Origin: Lama glama
Lineage: Eukaryota
NCBI GenBank assembly: GCA_028534125.1
Contig: CM052832.1
Coordinates: forward strand, 18,292,001-18,356,000
Direction: 5' to 3'
Length of the DNA stretch: 64,000 nucleotides
This document shows positions 39,813-54,436 of the stretch, piece after piece. The notes under the pieces are model-generated. The model was not told the DNA's origin, ran no database searches, and worked only from the letters and a program-made list of their open reading frames with translations. Positions within the stretch are counted from its first letter, which is position 1; every line of letters starts with the position of its first letter. A program made the translations under genes and the position numbers.

Positions 39813-41226
39813 GGTGTAACGTTCTCATACAAACAAAACTTACTGAGTAGTGACTGCAGTGCTGACTTATTTTTGTAACACTTTTATGCAAATAATTGCT
39901 TAATGTAGCTCAATCTCTGATTGGGTCAAAGAGGCCAGTAGAAACTTTTTAAGCAAATAGGGTGATTTCAAGCCTACTTTTTGATTGGCTGTTTAAGTAG
40001 AACTAACTGTAGATTCTTCACCGTCAGAAAAAACGTTCTCGTTTTCAAAATAGTGCAAAAAATTAAATTAATATCTTGTTCATAAGGATCTATTTAGGGG
40101 ACTCGTTTCTCTCTAGATCCGGAACTGAAGAGACAAAACTCCTATGTAAATTTATGACTAGTTTTCTGCGAAAATGCAGTTATCCAGGTTAGTAATTCTA
40201 GGGAAAAAAATCAAAAATTAGCTAAATTTTTAAATATTTTCAATATTATGCCATTGGCATTCCCAGTCTGGTTTGATCAGAGTGGAAAATATTTATGGTT
40301 TTTCAAGAATTAAGTAAGGATCGTCACATTTCAACAGCAGCACTGTTTTTATGTTTCCAAGGAATAGAGGGTCTGGAAGTGGTGCTGGTGTTTGTTGAAA
40401 GATTGTGAATTATGTGATATGGTGCTTAGATTGCTAAAATAAAGCGTTTATTCAAAATCAGAATCGTTTATAAATGATAAAGACGAAACTAGATTGGATC
40501 AAATGGCTCAGGGCTGTGGAACTTTCGTTTTTGTCTCTTCCCAAACTTAATCCTGAAAAAGGGGATTCAAACAACTAATTAAGAGGTGGTAAGTCCCATG
40601 AAAAACCAGCAGGACCCACAGGCAGGACTACTACTTTCTCGCCGGCGCCATCCGGTTCCCTGGCAGGGCTGTATTATCTCGCTTCTGTGCTTCTGTAAAA
40701 TGGCTTGTTTCTAGGAGAACGAAACTTACCCTTAAGAATCTATTGGTTCCCAAAGCTCACTCCTGATTGGTCCATTTGTTACACCCACTCTGCATAGGAT
40801 GTTGCAAAATGTTGCAAAGTCTTGACTGGTAGCCTAAAAAGCCTGTGTAAACCTACAGATGGGATCCAGAGCTTGGAGTGTTAACTTCTTTGGGCATTGT
40901 GGCGTAGTAAATCTGAGTTCTGCAATCTTCCAAGAGTAGCTTGGTCTCCCGCCAAGATCCAGGTTGCTGTAAAACTTAGCTGTAGCACTCTTTACTATAA
41001 CAATTAAGGCACATATAAAATATCAGTAATACATGGTAAATAAACAATGGAGATCTTGAAGTGAGAAAATACAGAGGATATTTAAATAGGTCGAGAGTTT
41101 TTAAAGTGAGACTTGGTAGCCATCACAAGCCCTGTCCAGTTACTTAAGTAACGGCGCGGAATTTGAAGGTTCGGGCCAATTAGGAGAACTCCTTTATAAA
41201 TACGAACAAGAACAGCAACACCTTGA

Positions 41227-41479
<253 letters not shown>

Positions 41480-41579
41480 NNNNNNNNNNNNNNNNNNNNN
41501 NNNNNNNNNNNNNNNNNNNNNNNNNNNNNNNNNNNNNNNNNNNNNNNNNNNNNNNNNNNNNNNNNNNNNNNNNNNNNNN
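41480..41579. other. assembly gap (100 N)
   Basis: N run. Confidence 1.
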
Positions 41580-41663
41580 AAACATAAGAACTGTCCCCGC
41601 GGTGTTTTACCTGGACAACTGTATTTTGCCCTGTATTATGTAGGGCATTTAGTTTTGGCTAAA

Positions 41664-41910
41664 CTCGGTCTTCACCAGGGTGCCCTTGCTCACAATTGTG
41701 AGACCCAACTCGACAGCAACCAACAGAACCCTGTTGAGAGTGGTCAAGGATATAACTACGCCACCCCTAAAGCGGATCAAGGCTTACGTTATTAGCTGGA
41801 TGGAGCACCAAAAGGAAAGACTCTTGGTCTTGACACCTCTTATTGGTGGCGGTCTTTACCCAAGTCTGATCTACAAGGGCCAAACAACCAACAAAAGTAG
41901 CTGGGTATGA
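41664..41910 (-). pseudogene. ancient histone H1 pseudogene fragment
   Basis: Minus-strand ...QLIT*A...ISLTTLNRVLLVAV-ELGLTIVSKGTLVKTE versus H1 ELITKA...[14 protein letters not shown]...[32 protein letters not shown] also occurs in H1-3 at 46931. Confidence 0.85.
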
Positions 41911-44900
41911 ATGAACTGCATAAAGAACCTAGGAATCAATGAGCCGTTAAATCTGACACCATTAAAAGGAGTCTGTTTACCTAAATTATCTTAATCCAAA
42001 TGAAATCTCATGAAAGTACCTCATATTTGTCAGTAACACATGAAAATCCATTGGAAGCTTGAGAGTTCCCTCTTGCAGAAAATTGTCTATCCTCGCTTTC
42101 TTCTCATCCATACAAGACAGCAGTGTTACACTATTCTGTATTAAATAGATATTCCATTCCCGTGGAAGAAATAAATTCCTCACTACTTCTAAAGTGGTAG
42201 CGGGAGGCAAAATAAATCACGAATTTTGCTCTGAAAAAAATACATACTGTTATCTGGAAATGTAGAAATGTTCTTACTATTGGGATACTGTATACTGATT
42301 GGAAAGATTTTATGTCTATTCAAACACTTCAGCAAATTTGAGTTTCAAGATGGGTGAGCTATGCTTAACAAATTTGAGAGGCTTCTATTAATTTATCTCT
42401 TTTAGTGGGTTGTTTCGCCTTGAAGATCACTAAGCGGATAGTCTGATAAGTTTAACAGAAACAAAGCTGTAAATAGATACACAGGCCAAGTTAGCCATTG
42501 TAAGAGCTTCTGGAGGTTTTATAGAAGAAATCTTTATTCTTGGAAATCTGTCAGATATTGAGACTTGAGTGCTGAAAACTGGCACATCTGGGTCAATATG
42601 GAAAAAAATAGTTATTTATAATTCCAATAATGGAGTTTTACATATTTGTAACGTTAGATAAAGTCATTCCATACTAAAACGTGCTTTCCCATATCCTGTA
42701 CTTTGAGATTCCAGCACAGCAAGTTTTTTAATGTCTGTTTCTGTCTCACCATATATTGAACGTCAAGATATGAGGACCAAAAGGGCACAGAAAACATATT
42801 ATCATATCATTAAATCCATCTAGAACAGTCCCTGGCCTAAAATAAACCCTGAGGAAATTAGTCAAATTGGAATTTCAAATAAAAAATTATCAAACAGGAA
42901 TTACCATTTAGGGCACACCTGATTTCAGAATAAAAGATTGATAGAGTTCACATAATCTTAATAGTATGTAGTTTTATTAAGTAGAAATAATCAACATGTA
43001 TTTAGTGCATTATTGAGTGGGTCAGAAACCATGCATTACTCTACGAAGCCTCCAAAATATAAGGTAAGTTCAATAGTTATGTACTAATATCTATTATACA
43101 TCATTATTATTCTATCAGTACTATTAATACTTTACAGATAAGGAAACAGAAAGTTTCAGATAGTAAGGGGTAGAACCAACACTTTTTCCATTAGGCATTA
43201 CTATATAAAACAGTGTCTGCATGATCCTCAGCAGTGGCCCCTCAGGCTTTATTCCTTGGAAGAGCTGACATTGGAAGACTGATGTGTATATCTTCATATT
43301 TTCAGATATGTGAAAGGAAATGGATGAGTTTTGATAATGTTACAAGGTCATATATGATTGCATTCTGTCCTATAATTATAGCCAATTGCACAGAAATGCA
43401 ACCAGTGCACATCAATTAAAATGTAGCATTAACATGGACAATTTTCAGCTTTTCTGCCCATCATTCAATGATCTTGACGGTTAAGACACACACACACCCC
43501 CAAAAAATATATATATATTTTAATTTTAAAGGCATACATTGAAAGTAGTACAGTAGTACTTAACAGTAGATGTTAGTTAATAAATTGTTATTTTATTGGA
43601 GAGGGATCACAAATCTAAATCATGTCACATTTTATATGTACTTCTTGGTACATTAATTTGTATATCCATTTCAGACTTACGTGTTTGCCTTTAAGTCCAC
43701 ATAATTTAAAAACAAACAAGTATATAATCTATAAATGAACAGTTGCTTTATTTTATGGAAATGATAGCTAAAAATCAAGATAATCCAGAAATTCCACTTC
43801 ATTCTTTCTCTACATTCCACCTACCCCGTCTGCACACAGGTAAATATTGGTATTTTACATCTGAAGACTTTTATACTCCAAAGGTGTTATTTTTTGTTTT
43901 GTTTTGTTTTGTTTTTGTAGTAGACCCAACATCTTGAATGGCATACCTCAGAAAACAAGGGGGCTAGTGCCTAAATCAAGCCATCAGGAGGAATGTCATA
44001 GAAGGGACAAAGCACCCATTACCCTTGGATATCTACACAGAATAACAAAGTGAAATCATTGAATCTGATTATCTGGGGATAACCCCATCCACTTGACAGG
44101 ATTTAAAAGTTCAGTTAATTAAAAACACACCCAGAGTAGTGGGGAAACAAAGCAAAGAAGACTAATGCCCTAGGGTTTAGTTCAGTGGAAGAAAAGAATA
44201 GGTACATTATAAATTTTCCATTGATAATAATGGTATCCAATTATTAAATGTCATCAAAGCAAGTATCAGAGAAATTAGATTTTTTTTTTTAAATAGGGGG
44301 ACTTATTCACGGTGATATAACTTGAGATAGAAATAGAGATTCCCGCAGGTAGAAAGAAGGAATTGGAGATGAACCAAATTATCCCCAAAACAAAAACAAA
44401 AACCAGATAAAAAGGTAAATTTGAGTTTTTAATGCTATTCAGTGTGAACAGAAAGTATGATTATGAAAAAAGGCTATAAATTTCTCACTTGAACCTGAGG
44501 TAATAGGGAGCCAGTGACCCTTTCATAAGACATAGAATGACCATTAGAGGCTGGAGAAACTAGAATTAGGATACTGGTTAGGAAACTGGTTAGGAAACAA
44601 TGCAATCATCTCAGATATGAGAGGATAAGAGAGAAGGTGAGAACGAGAACATGTTAGTTACAAGACTTCTTTAAACATCTATCTGATTCAGTGACCGAGT
44701 GACAGGAGTAATCAAGGCCTCCACACGTGAACTCAGTCTGGCTCCTCCAGTTAAAAGGATTGTCCCCAGATTATCCATAAACACCTTCTCAATACAATGT
44801 TTTCAAATACTTCAAGCATACAGGGGAAGAAAATTAGTAATGTTAAAATACAGTTCTCAAAATATATTTTTTTGAAAAATGTATGTTTCAATAGTAACAT

Positions 44901-45877
44901 CAACTAACAAGGAACAACACGAGGAATAACAAATGTCAGTTTCAAACCTGCAGAATAATGTAAATTTTATTTCAAGATATCTGCAAATCAATGCAAGTGA
45001 TAGAAAAACATCTGTGATTGAAAAAGTCACGGATACTGCAAAAATCCATCGTGATGCCTGTAGTTGCCTACAGGCATACTTGAAGGAAATGCTAAACTTC
45101 ATTTAGAGTTTACGAAAATAAAGGTGTAATCTTTCCCCATCCACGTTTACAGTCCCCCTACTGGTCTGCAGAGCTCAGATTTGGTCAAGATTGGCCAGAA
45201 ATCCAGTGGCCTACCCTGAAGTACAAAAAAAGAAAGGAGAAAACAAAACAACAACAAAATCCTTCAGGCCCAGGGATGAAGTGGGAACGGTGTAACTAAC
45301 ATTCAATTCAGGTCAACCCATCTTTCTGGAGTCTATTTATTTTGCCCTGGTTACCCCAAGCTTCAGGAACTCTAACCAATCTCCTTGCCTTCCCAAAGTG
45401 TTTTTTCGTTTCTTTTCTTTTGTTTCTACCTCCCAATTCCCCAAGAGATAGTACACCGCCAAACACGGATCCCTGATCCTGTCAACACCTATGGGGGAAA
45501 AGCATCTGGAAAAGGGGTAAATTATAAACCGCCAGGTGTGACACTTTTTACTTATCCCTTAGCGTCAGGGTGGTAGCAACAATTAAGCTGATTTAGGCAG
45601 TATAACCAATAGCATGAATACGCCCCCACAATAAAACTGCATTTGATCAAGCAGAAAAATTGAAGCTTTTCAACTGCTTCATAGTATATACAAGTTTTAA
45701 TATCCCGATCTCTAATCGGTGCAGTATTTTCTCTGGAGTCCATGCAAATGAGTCCAGGAGTGCATTCTGATTGGCTAACTCTCAATAGACTCTGCAAACC
45801 AATGAGAATGTTAATTTTAGAAACAGTCCCCAGTCCGTAATAATCCCTTTTTCAGACTGCATTTTTCCCCCCCTAAC

Positions 45878-46250
45878 ATGTCTGAACGTGGATAACAGGG
45901 CACAAAGCACGAACGAAAGCCAAGACTCGCTCTTCCCGAGCCGGGCTGCAGTTCCCCGTGGGTCGGGTGCACCGCCTGCTCCGCAAGGACAACTGCGCCG
46001 AGCCGGTTGGGGCCGGCGCGACGGTATACCTGGCGGCGGTGCTGGAGTACCTGACGGCCGAGATCCTGGAGCCGGCGGGCAATGCCGTCTGCGAAAACAA
46101 GACCCGCGTCACCTGCAGCTGGCCATCCGTAATGACGAGGAGTTCAACAAGCTGCTGGGCAGTCACCGTCGCTCAGGGCGGCGCCCTGCCCACATCGAGG
46201 CGGTGCTGCTGCCCAGAAAGACTGAGAGCCACAAGGCCAAGGGCAAATGA
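45878..46250 (+). pseudogene. histone H2A pseudogene
   Basis: ATG TCT GAA CGT GGA TAA (stop at codon 6), several frameshifts, ends [10 protein letters not shown]; collapsed stem-loop GGCTTTAAGAGCC at 46293-46305. Confidence 0.96.
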
Positions 46251-46469
46251 GGGTTAAGACTACCATCAATCACCCTGTCCATGTAAGCTAAAGGCTTTAA
46301 GAGCCACTAAGCTCACTAGGGGACTGTGACCATCCGAGCTGTTCTGTATACCCAGCAGTGCGCGCGCATCCTGACGCTCTAAATCTGAGCCGGCCAATCA
46401 CACGATGGCGCCAAATTTCAAAATTTTTATGTCTTACAGTGCTGGTTTGTTTGGCTAGGCATACTTGGT

Positions 46470-46512
46470 TAAGCTCTTTTACCTGAATTAGTGGGTGGCT
46501 CTGAAAAGAGCC
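46470..46512 (-). terminator. H1 3' stem-loop + HDE
   Basis: Reverse complement GGCTCTTTTCAGAGCC (46497-46512), ACCCA, then AAAAGAGCTT. Confidence 0.93.
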
Positions 46513-46549
46513 TTTTGAGATTTTCAAAACAAGGATTGCCGCTCCAACT

Positions 46550-47215
46550 TTACTTCTTCTTGGAGACCGCCTTCTTCGCCTTTGTAGCCTTGGGTTTGGC
46601 AGCTTTAGCCTTGGCTGCCTTGGGCTTAGGGGTTTTGGCCTTCGCAGGACTCTTAGCCGCCTTCTTAGGTTTGCCCGTCTTTGCCTTTTTGGGGCTCTTG
46701 GCCACTTTCTTGGCTCCAGCAGCCGCCACTGGCTTCTTCACTTTCTTGGGGGTCTTCTTAGCGCTTTTTTTCGGGGTGGCCGCGCCCGTCGCCTTTTTGG
46801 GTTTCTTAGCTGCCCCAGCAGCCTTCTTAGGCTTGGCCGCACCCGCCTTCTTAGCCTTGGGCTTGGCTTCCCCAGTGGCTGCCTTCTTGTTAAGCTTAAA
46901 AGAGCCCGAGGCACCGGTGCCCTTGGTCTGCACCAGGGTGCCCTTACTTACTAAGCTCTTAAGACCCAACTTGATGCGGCTGTTGTTCTTCTCCACGTCG
47001 TAGCCAGCAGCCGCCAGCGCCTTTTTGAGCGCAGCCAAAGACACACCATTGCGCTCCTTGGAAGCGGCGACAGCCTTGGTGATGAGCTCCGACACCGGAG
47101 GCCCGGACGCTTTGCGCTTTCCAGCAGCTGTACCCGCTTTCTTCGCCTTTTTCTTGACAGGTGTTTTTTCTGCAGGTGCAGGAGTGACTGGAGCAACTGG
47201 AGCAGTCTCCGACAT
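46550..47215 (-). CDS. H1-3: linker histone H1.3
   Basis: Intact 221 aa [28 protein letters not shown]...[16 protein letters not shown]; length and N-terminus fit H1.3 (HIST1H1D). Confidence 0.95.
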   Translation of the reverse strand: MSETAPVAPVTPAPAEKTPVKKKAKKAGTAAGKRKASGPPVSELITKAVAASKERNGVSLAALKKALAAAGYDVEKNNSRIKLGLKSLVSKGTLVQTKGTGASGSFKLNKKAATGEAKPKAKKAGAAKPKKAAGAAKKPKKATGAATPKKSAKKTPKKVKKPVAAAGAKKVAKSPKKAKTGKPKKAAKSPAKAKTPKPKAAKAKAAKPKATKAKKAVSKKK

Positions 47216-47296
47216 TTTTCTGTTTTGTCAAAACAGCCAAAAAAAAGTAAGCTTATACGGTCAGAACGGTGTGTCCCGGGCGCCGCCGGCTGGGGG

Positions 47297-47391
47297 TTTA
47301 TATAGAGCGTCGCTGAGTGATGATTGGTTGCCTGCTCCCTGAGCCGCGCTGCTAAGAAGGGCTCCTCGGCTCTGCCGAGTGGCTGTGTTTT
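47297..47391 (-). promoter_or_regulatory. H1 promoter (TATA, CCAAT, H1/AC box)
   Basis: Minus-strand TATATAAA near 47297-47304, CCAAT near 47323-47327, AAACACA 47384-47390. Confidence 0.85.
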
Positions 47392-49295
47392 TGCCCCTTA
47401 AAAAAGAAGAAAAATATAAGAAGTCTGGGCACGAAATAATTAAAGATTTGGGGGAAACTGACCCGAGACTCTTCAGGCTTCATTCCTGCCTAGTTTGCAA
47501 TACCTACTTTCAAAATTGGCCCCCTGAAACTTTGCTGATTCCCCCAACTCTCTTTCAAACTTCAGTCAAATTGAGACAACTTTCAGATTTTCCTTAAAAT
47601 TACTAGTTCTCTCTATTTCCTTTGTAAATCATTCTTCCAGGGCATTGTTATGTACATTGTTTTGTTTGTAAACTTACATAAATAAACTCATTTTTACTCA
47701 AGTTTGCAAGGAAAACCGGGTTTTTCGCGGGAGCAATAGCACAGCTCTCCTGCAACTTGTTTGCACTCAGCCCTGGGAATTGGCACTGGGGGAGAAAATT
47801 CTACATATAAGATGGATAACTATTTTAGAAAAGATAGATTTTTTTTCTTTAAGGATTTAATTGAGCAGTGTGTAAACTAGGTTTGATCCCAGTGTTTCAA
47901 TGATTTAAACGTTTGAGGAAGGATGCGGTGTGCGGTGGCTCTGTTTTCCAGATAAACAATTCCGAACAGAGTCACCAACCTTCTTTTAAAGTCAATTATA
48001 GCAAATTTTTCAGACTTAGAATGGGCATCAGAGATAAATCACTCCATCTACAAACAAGGAAAGTGAGTCATAAAGCAATAGAATGGCAGCTCTACCTCAT
48101 TTTACCAGCTGTGAGCTCAACATTGTAAGATCATAAGTTCATATCCCATGTCCTTAAAATTTAAAGTACTTAGTAACAGACACCTGTCCAAAAGACTTTT
48201 TACTTCAGTATTTAGCATAGAATTATGTACATACTTTCTGTATTTCAAAGTGATATTTAAAATCCAAATTTGATTGAACTTTTCAACATTGCAAGAAGGG
48301 ACGCAGAATTAGAAAGAAGAAATTCTCATTCAAATCACTTTCTGAGTCTTCATAAATCTCCTTGGGTTTTTCACTAACAAAACGTGAACTAGGCTGTCAC
48401 AGCCGAAATTAACTGGCTAAACACGTCCACTTAAGAAGTCGAACAGACATTTCATAGGAAACATGACTGAATTTACTACTCTATCTCTTTTAGTTTGCAA
48501 CACACAGAGCTAATGGAATTAAGCAAATATTGGATAATTAAGCACGAAGTTAATATTATCCACCCAATAATTTAGGTACTGAAATTAAATCTTATTTTTA
48601 TTAAATAAACAAGAAAGATATTTTGGTATTATATTTCTTCTGATAAATACCCCTACTTACAGAAGTCTAGTTATTTTGGCCTTCAACGGTGATTTGAGAA
48701 TGTCCTATAACTCCAAGACAGAATAATCAACTTTAAGATGTCGTCTCTTTGCATATAACTAATTCCATAAAAATCACTAGGCTTGTTTTTAAATAGTCAT
48801 TATTGGCTGGCACTGTCTGAAACCAAGTCTCTGGGACTTAAGACCATGTTAATTACCTCATACAAATACTGTATATATAGAGGTAAGCTTAAAGGGTTGG
48901 ATCTAGAGCTTTCCAATTCTCTCACGGCAGACATATTATGTGTCTAGAAAAATGGGCTACTTGTCATCCTCAATAGCATTGCTATTAATAGCAATTGGTC
49001 ACAAACATTATATAGGCCCCTTTCCTTTTCAGCCCAGAGCCTAATACTATCTAGACCTAAAAATACAATTAAAATTCAGATTTTAAAAAGTTCACTATTT
49101 GGGTCATCATTGTAGTTATAATATCAGCTGTAGAATAATTGTTGGAATTTTTCCCTAAGTTACATACACTCAGTTTAAGGTGGGTGAAGAGTTCTTTCTA
49201 CAGCAGGTGTCCCCGTTTCTTTTTTATGCAACTGTTACTGGTTTCCATGGCTATTTAGGTTCTAAATAAGTGAGAAGACATTGGGACTTTAGGAT

Positions 49296-49350
49296 ATTTC
49301 CTTAATTGTTTATAGGTAATTAGACATTTCCTTAATTGTTTATAGGTAAT
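49296..49350. repeat. tandem duplication, period 30 bp
   Basis: ATTTCCTTAATTGTTTATAGGTAAT at 49296-49320 and 49326-49350. Confidence 0.9.
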
Positions 49351-50256
49351 CTCTGCCGTTTCTGGAGGGCACTAGTTCGGACTTGACTTCCCCACATGTT
49401 TATAGAATGATGGAGCTGTGCTACATTTAGAAATTCTTATTGCTTGAGACCAAGGTATATGCTCTGTCACATGGACAAGGTTCTTGATGCCTGGATCACC
49501 CCCATTGGACGGTAAGCTGGAAAAGTTTCACGTATTATTCCGTAGCCCACCAAAAAAGTTGTTTTTTTTACTTTTGAGTCCTTACTCTGTATATATCCTT
49601 AAACAGTGGGTTTTCTGCTAGACTAAGACTTGAACCATTTTTATTTTATAGATGTAAAAAATAACTAAGTAAAAGTAAAGTTAGATAAGTGATGTGTGTC
49701 TCATGATTTCATGTACTTTCAATTTTGGTATTAACCCTTCCCTCACCATAGTATAGTAAATGTCTGTTAAAAATATAAGTAGTGCTCACCGAGTCAATCC
49801 ACTCCAAAATTTTGTAAATGTCAAAGGTCTAAAGGGGAAAGTGACTATGTTGAAGAAATGCTAAAAAGGCCAAATTAAAAATAAGGACTATATTGCAAAT
49901 AGAGCATTGTGTTTGAATCTAGTGTGTTCAGAAGGGTAATGAGAAATCACATTTATTTTAGTTTCCTGTCAGATGGTCTCCCTTGAGGACATTCTCCCAC
50001 TTGAACCTCCCCTCTAAGCACAACTATATCCTATTAATTTTATTTCATAAAAAAATACTACTATTCTCAAACTTCCAATTTCCTTTTTACATGTCCCTCT
50101 ATTTATTAGTAATATCTGGTTCACCCAGAAGTTGGCTAATTTATAGTAAACTTCAAATATACCCCAATCTTTATTTCCTGCAGCAAGGCTTATTCTCAGA
50201 TATCTCTCACTCCTTTTCCTGCTCTGCGTAGTTCTTCAGAAGAAATTCTTTATCAC

Positions 50257-50472
50257 AGTACAGCCCAATATAACCTATTACAATGATGGAAATGTTCTGT
50301 ATTTATTTGTACTGTAAAATAGACAACCACTATCCTTGACTGTGGTTGTTGAGCACTTACTTAAAGGTAGTTAGAGTGACTGAAGAAATTGATTTTTAAT
50401 TTTATTTAATTCTAATTAATTTTAATGTTAATTAGCACATGTGGCTAATGGCTACTGTAGGAAAACGCAGCT
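50257..50472. mobile_element. hAT-Charlie element (MER3-like), followed by a MER5-like fragment to about 50620
   Basis: CAATGATGGAAATGTTCTGTAT...CACATGTGGCTAATGGCTACTGTA. Confidence 0.75.
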
Positions 50473-51878
50473 CGAAAACAACTCTTCTCAGACTTGAATG
50501 AGCATACCACCCAATTGGAGATCTTGTTAAAAATGCAGATCAGTTGACTTGGAGTTGAGCCTAAAATGCTGTATGTTTATCACACTCCCAGGTAATGCTA
50601 ATGTTACTGAGATACGGCTGCTCCATCCATCACTACCAGGCTGAAATTAGGATGCTGGGCTGACACATGACCCCTCACTCTGAGTTTACTTTTCCTTCTG
50701 CTAGACTTTGAATTCTTTAAAAGAACATGTATGATTATCTTTGTAAACCTGGTATTTGTACACAATTTTTGGCCTGTAGTTGATCCTAAATTGTTGAATG
50801 AATGAATCAATCAATGATTCTTGTTTGCTGCCCTTCTCAAAAAGGAGAGCAGGGGAGATTACTGTTTTGGTCCACAGGTAACTACACCTGAGCTAAATCT
50901 CAAATAGTCTATGACTCGGGGAAATTAATAATCTTCTGACTGCCTAAGCAGAGAAGGGATTTTTTTAAAAATCACCTCTGTAATACATAGAAGGCACTCA
51001 ATGTGAATTTGTGCAAGGTGAGTAAATGTTGGTGTTTATCTGTTAAACATATCAACCTATCATCTGTGTGTTGAACTTCACTTCAGGCACCCTTCTTACT
51101 TGGACACCGTTGCAGTCTATTGGTGTTATTTTTGTTAATTCTGTTAATTTGCAAATTCTTATTCATCATGGTATATCTTCAATGCTTTACTGACATAGCT
51201 CAGGGGTAGGTGGCAAGAACACAAGACCCCAGAATCAGAAGGTCTCAGTTCGATCCCCAGCAATACTGCTTATTAGAACAGGATTAGGTCTTCAAGCCTG
51301 GGATTCTTCATCTTCATCACACAAATGCTGCTTTATAAATTTGGAAGAAAGAATATAAGTTCAATTAATGTTGGCTCCCCTTCCTAGAACCTCCTCTGTA
51401 TCAGGAGTGCTGATAACGACGTATATGTATATGCTCTACAAATAGAAATGTTCATGATCAGCCAAATTTGACGATAAATATCGCTAGTTTTAAGAATTAA
51501 TATTCACATTTTAAAAAGTATCTTCATATTTAAAAATTCTATTCTACTTTCTCTACCTTTTGTAGACAAGTGTGGCGTCACTGCCTGTTTTTAGAAACGA
51601 TAAAAGTGGTTAGGAGACTTGTGCAATATTGTTTTAGAAAACCCACAGACGCAGGACGACAGATCACAAAACCAGCGACTCTGGACCCCAACCAGGAAAC
51701 GGGAAAGAGCCAGACACTGAATTGACTGCATTTCCCTGCCCCCTTCCCTCGCTAGGAACTAGTAGACGCCCAGGAAGGTAGGGAAGAGGCGGGGCAAGGT
51801 CTTGTTCCCGCCCCCGTCGCTTCAGTTTCCTTAAAGGTCCGCAAAATTGATATATAAGGGGCTCTAGCCGGCACTTAG

Positions 51879-52217
<339 letters not shown>

Positions 52218-52270
52218 GCTTGACCTTGCAAGCATTTTTTTTTTTTCTTTTTTCCTTGTGATAAAGTTAA

Positions 52271-52310
52271 GGCCCTTTTCAGGGCCACCTACGTTTTCTA
52301 TGAAAGAGCT
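52271..52310 (+). terminator. histone 3' stem-loop + HDE
   Basis: GGCCCTTTTCAGGGCC ACCTA ... GAAAGAGCT. Confidence 0.93.
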
Positions 52311-52661
52311 CACACTTTTCATTGAGTCCTCTGGGTTTTGGTGGTACACTCGTGAAACTGAGGAGCACAAATGTTGCTGAGATACTGGATCTTAAGTCCC
52401 TAATGTTTACAATGCTGTAAGTGACACTAACTGTTGCTGATGTGACATTTGACACTTTCAGAACCAACAGGTCCTTCGTGGTTCCAAAAGTGAAACTATA
52501 AAGGGCATTTTGGAGATGAGGAAACCCGAGTATGGACTGGGTAGCAGATCATTTTATGACATTTTTGTAAGATTTGATGTTGATACTCTTACTCTTAGGG
52601 ATTAGATTCTAATAAATAGAGGTTAATTCTCGTAATGTCTGTAATTCTCAGATAGTTTAGC

Positions 52662-52695
<34 letters not shown>

Positions 52696-54214
52696 GACAT
52701 AGAAATGTTAGGGTCAGTTATTCAATCTAGGTGGTGGTTATTAGAATGATTGATCAACTAATCTTTTCCTTTGAATTTTTTTTATCATAAATAGGGGGAA
52801 ATTAGGGGACAAAATGTGTTGGAAACTCGTTTGTGTCATTGAGAAAGGTCATCTGAACAAGAATTTAAAGGTCTGTGCCTGCAGAGAGCGGATGGGAGCA
52901 GCATGACACTCAGCTCCATGACATTTGTCATAAGCATGGGTATTTCTCCCTTTGCACTGACTTGATCAGAAGATGGCCAGGGAAGAAGGACTTGTAAGGG
53001 GGCACTTCGGGCCATGTTGGCACAGGGTAGGAGGGACACCAGTGTGAAGATACAAGAGACAGGGAGTAGTTAAGTGCCATGGAGACTGGAAAGGAGATGT
53101 GAAGGGCCAGGGCCGACAGGTGCCTGAGTGAGGATGGTCCCTCACCTGTAAGTTGAGAAACTGGGAATTAGCCTTATGCTAATAGATTCCAAATCCCCAA
53201 ATTAAATTAATTGCTTATGAAACAGAAATATATCAATACATTGTTTGACAAGAAACCACACCAGCCTTTGGATTTGGAATCTATGAGCAGCTGTTCTCAT
53301 ACTGTTATTGGGCATGCTTACTCACCTGTTTGAGTCTCAGTGGCCTTTTTTGTAAAGTAGGATAAACATTATTAATAACTGAGTTATAAACAAAATGGCT
53401 TCTTGTTCGTGAACAATAAACTCCTATTGCCCTGGACTCCTTAAAAACAAAATATTTATAATACAGACAGGACTAACTAAAGAACGTGGAAGGATTTCAA
53501 AACATTTCTAATATAACACCAGTATGTACAATGTGCTTTCATGTACACAATTTAATGAAGAATTGCAGTGGAAAACAATGTGAATTGTCAGAGGCTAATA
53601 CTCTGTTCTTATATGGAGGACAGCAGTAGTGGGGGTGACTGTCTTTTCCTGGGGTTGATGCATAAAATTCAAGCAAAACTGCCATATACTCTAATGACAG
53701 GCAAAAGGATTTTATGTAAGAGCCAGAAATAAAAATGTGATCATTCCTGAATTTTTATTTTATAAAAAATATCTGCTGAGCTAGTTTCATGGGAACATTA
53801 AGATATAAATTATGTACTTAAATAGAATGTTCAAAATAAGACATGATATTTTTTCACTTAATGATATACCAAGCACACTGTCCTAAAGAGCATAGATTAG
53901 TTCAGCCAAGTACACCACCAGAAGATTTGAGATTATGAACATCAAATTTCAAAACTCAGTTTACTTTTGTGTTGGTGGCAGCAACATCTAAAAAATCATG
54001 CACCAACATAAATGAGACAAACCTCAGCTCAATGGCCATGTCACCACTAGACTAGCCAGAAGAAAGAAAAAACAAACTTTATGCAAAAACAAAACAAACC
54101 AAAAAATTTAAAGAGTTAATTTGTTAAACAAGCCATGAAATCCCATGCAATACACAGAAGCAACCACTGAAGAATTGTCACACCTTTTTTTACCTTGTAA
54201 ATAACAAGGTAAAA

Positions 54215-54391
54215 TAATTTCTCACAAGAAGTTGTCACAGTAGTACCCAGAGTCCCTTGTATCCAGTTTCCCCTAATCATGACATACTATATAACTGTAT
54301 TATAACAGCAAAGTCAAGTAACTGACATTGGCAAAATATTGTTAACTAGTCTATAGGCTTTGTTCACCTCTCGTCAGTTTTTACATGCACT

Positions 54392-54436
<45 letters not shown>

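Noticed and set aside
52836..53140. GC-richer stretch with a 67-aa ORF faintly like H2B LLPGELAKH
   Set aside because: Similarity too weak; no recognisable parent gene.
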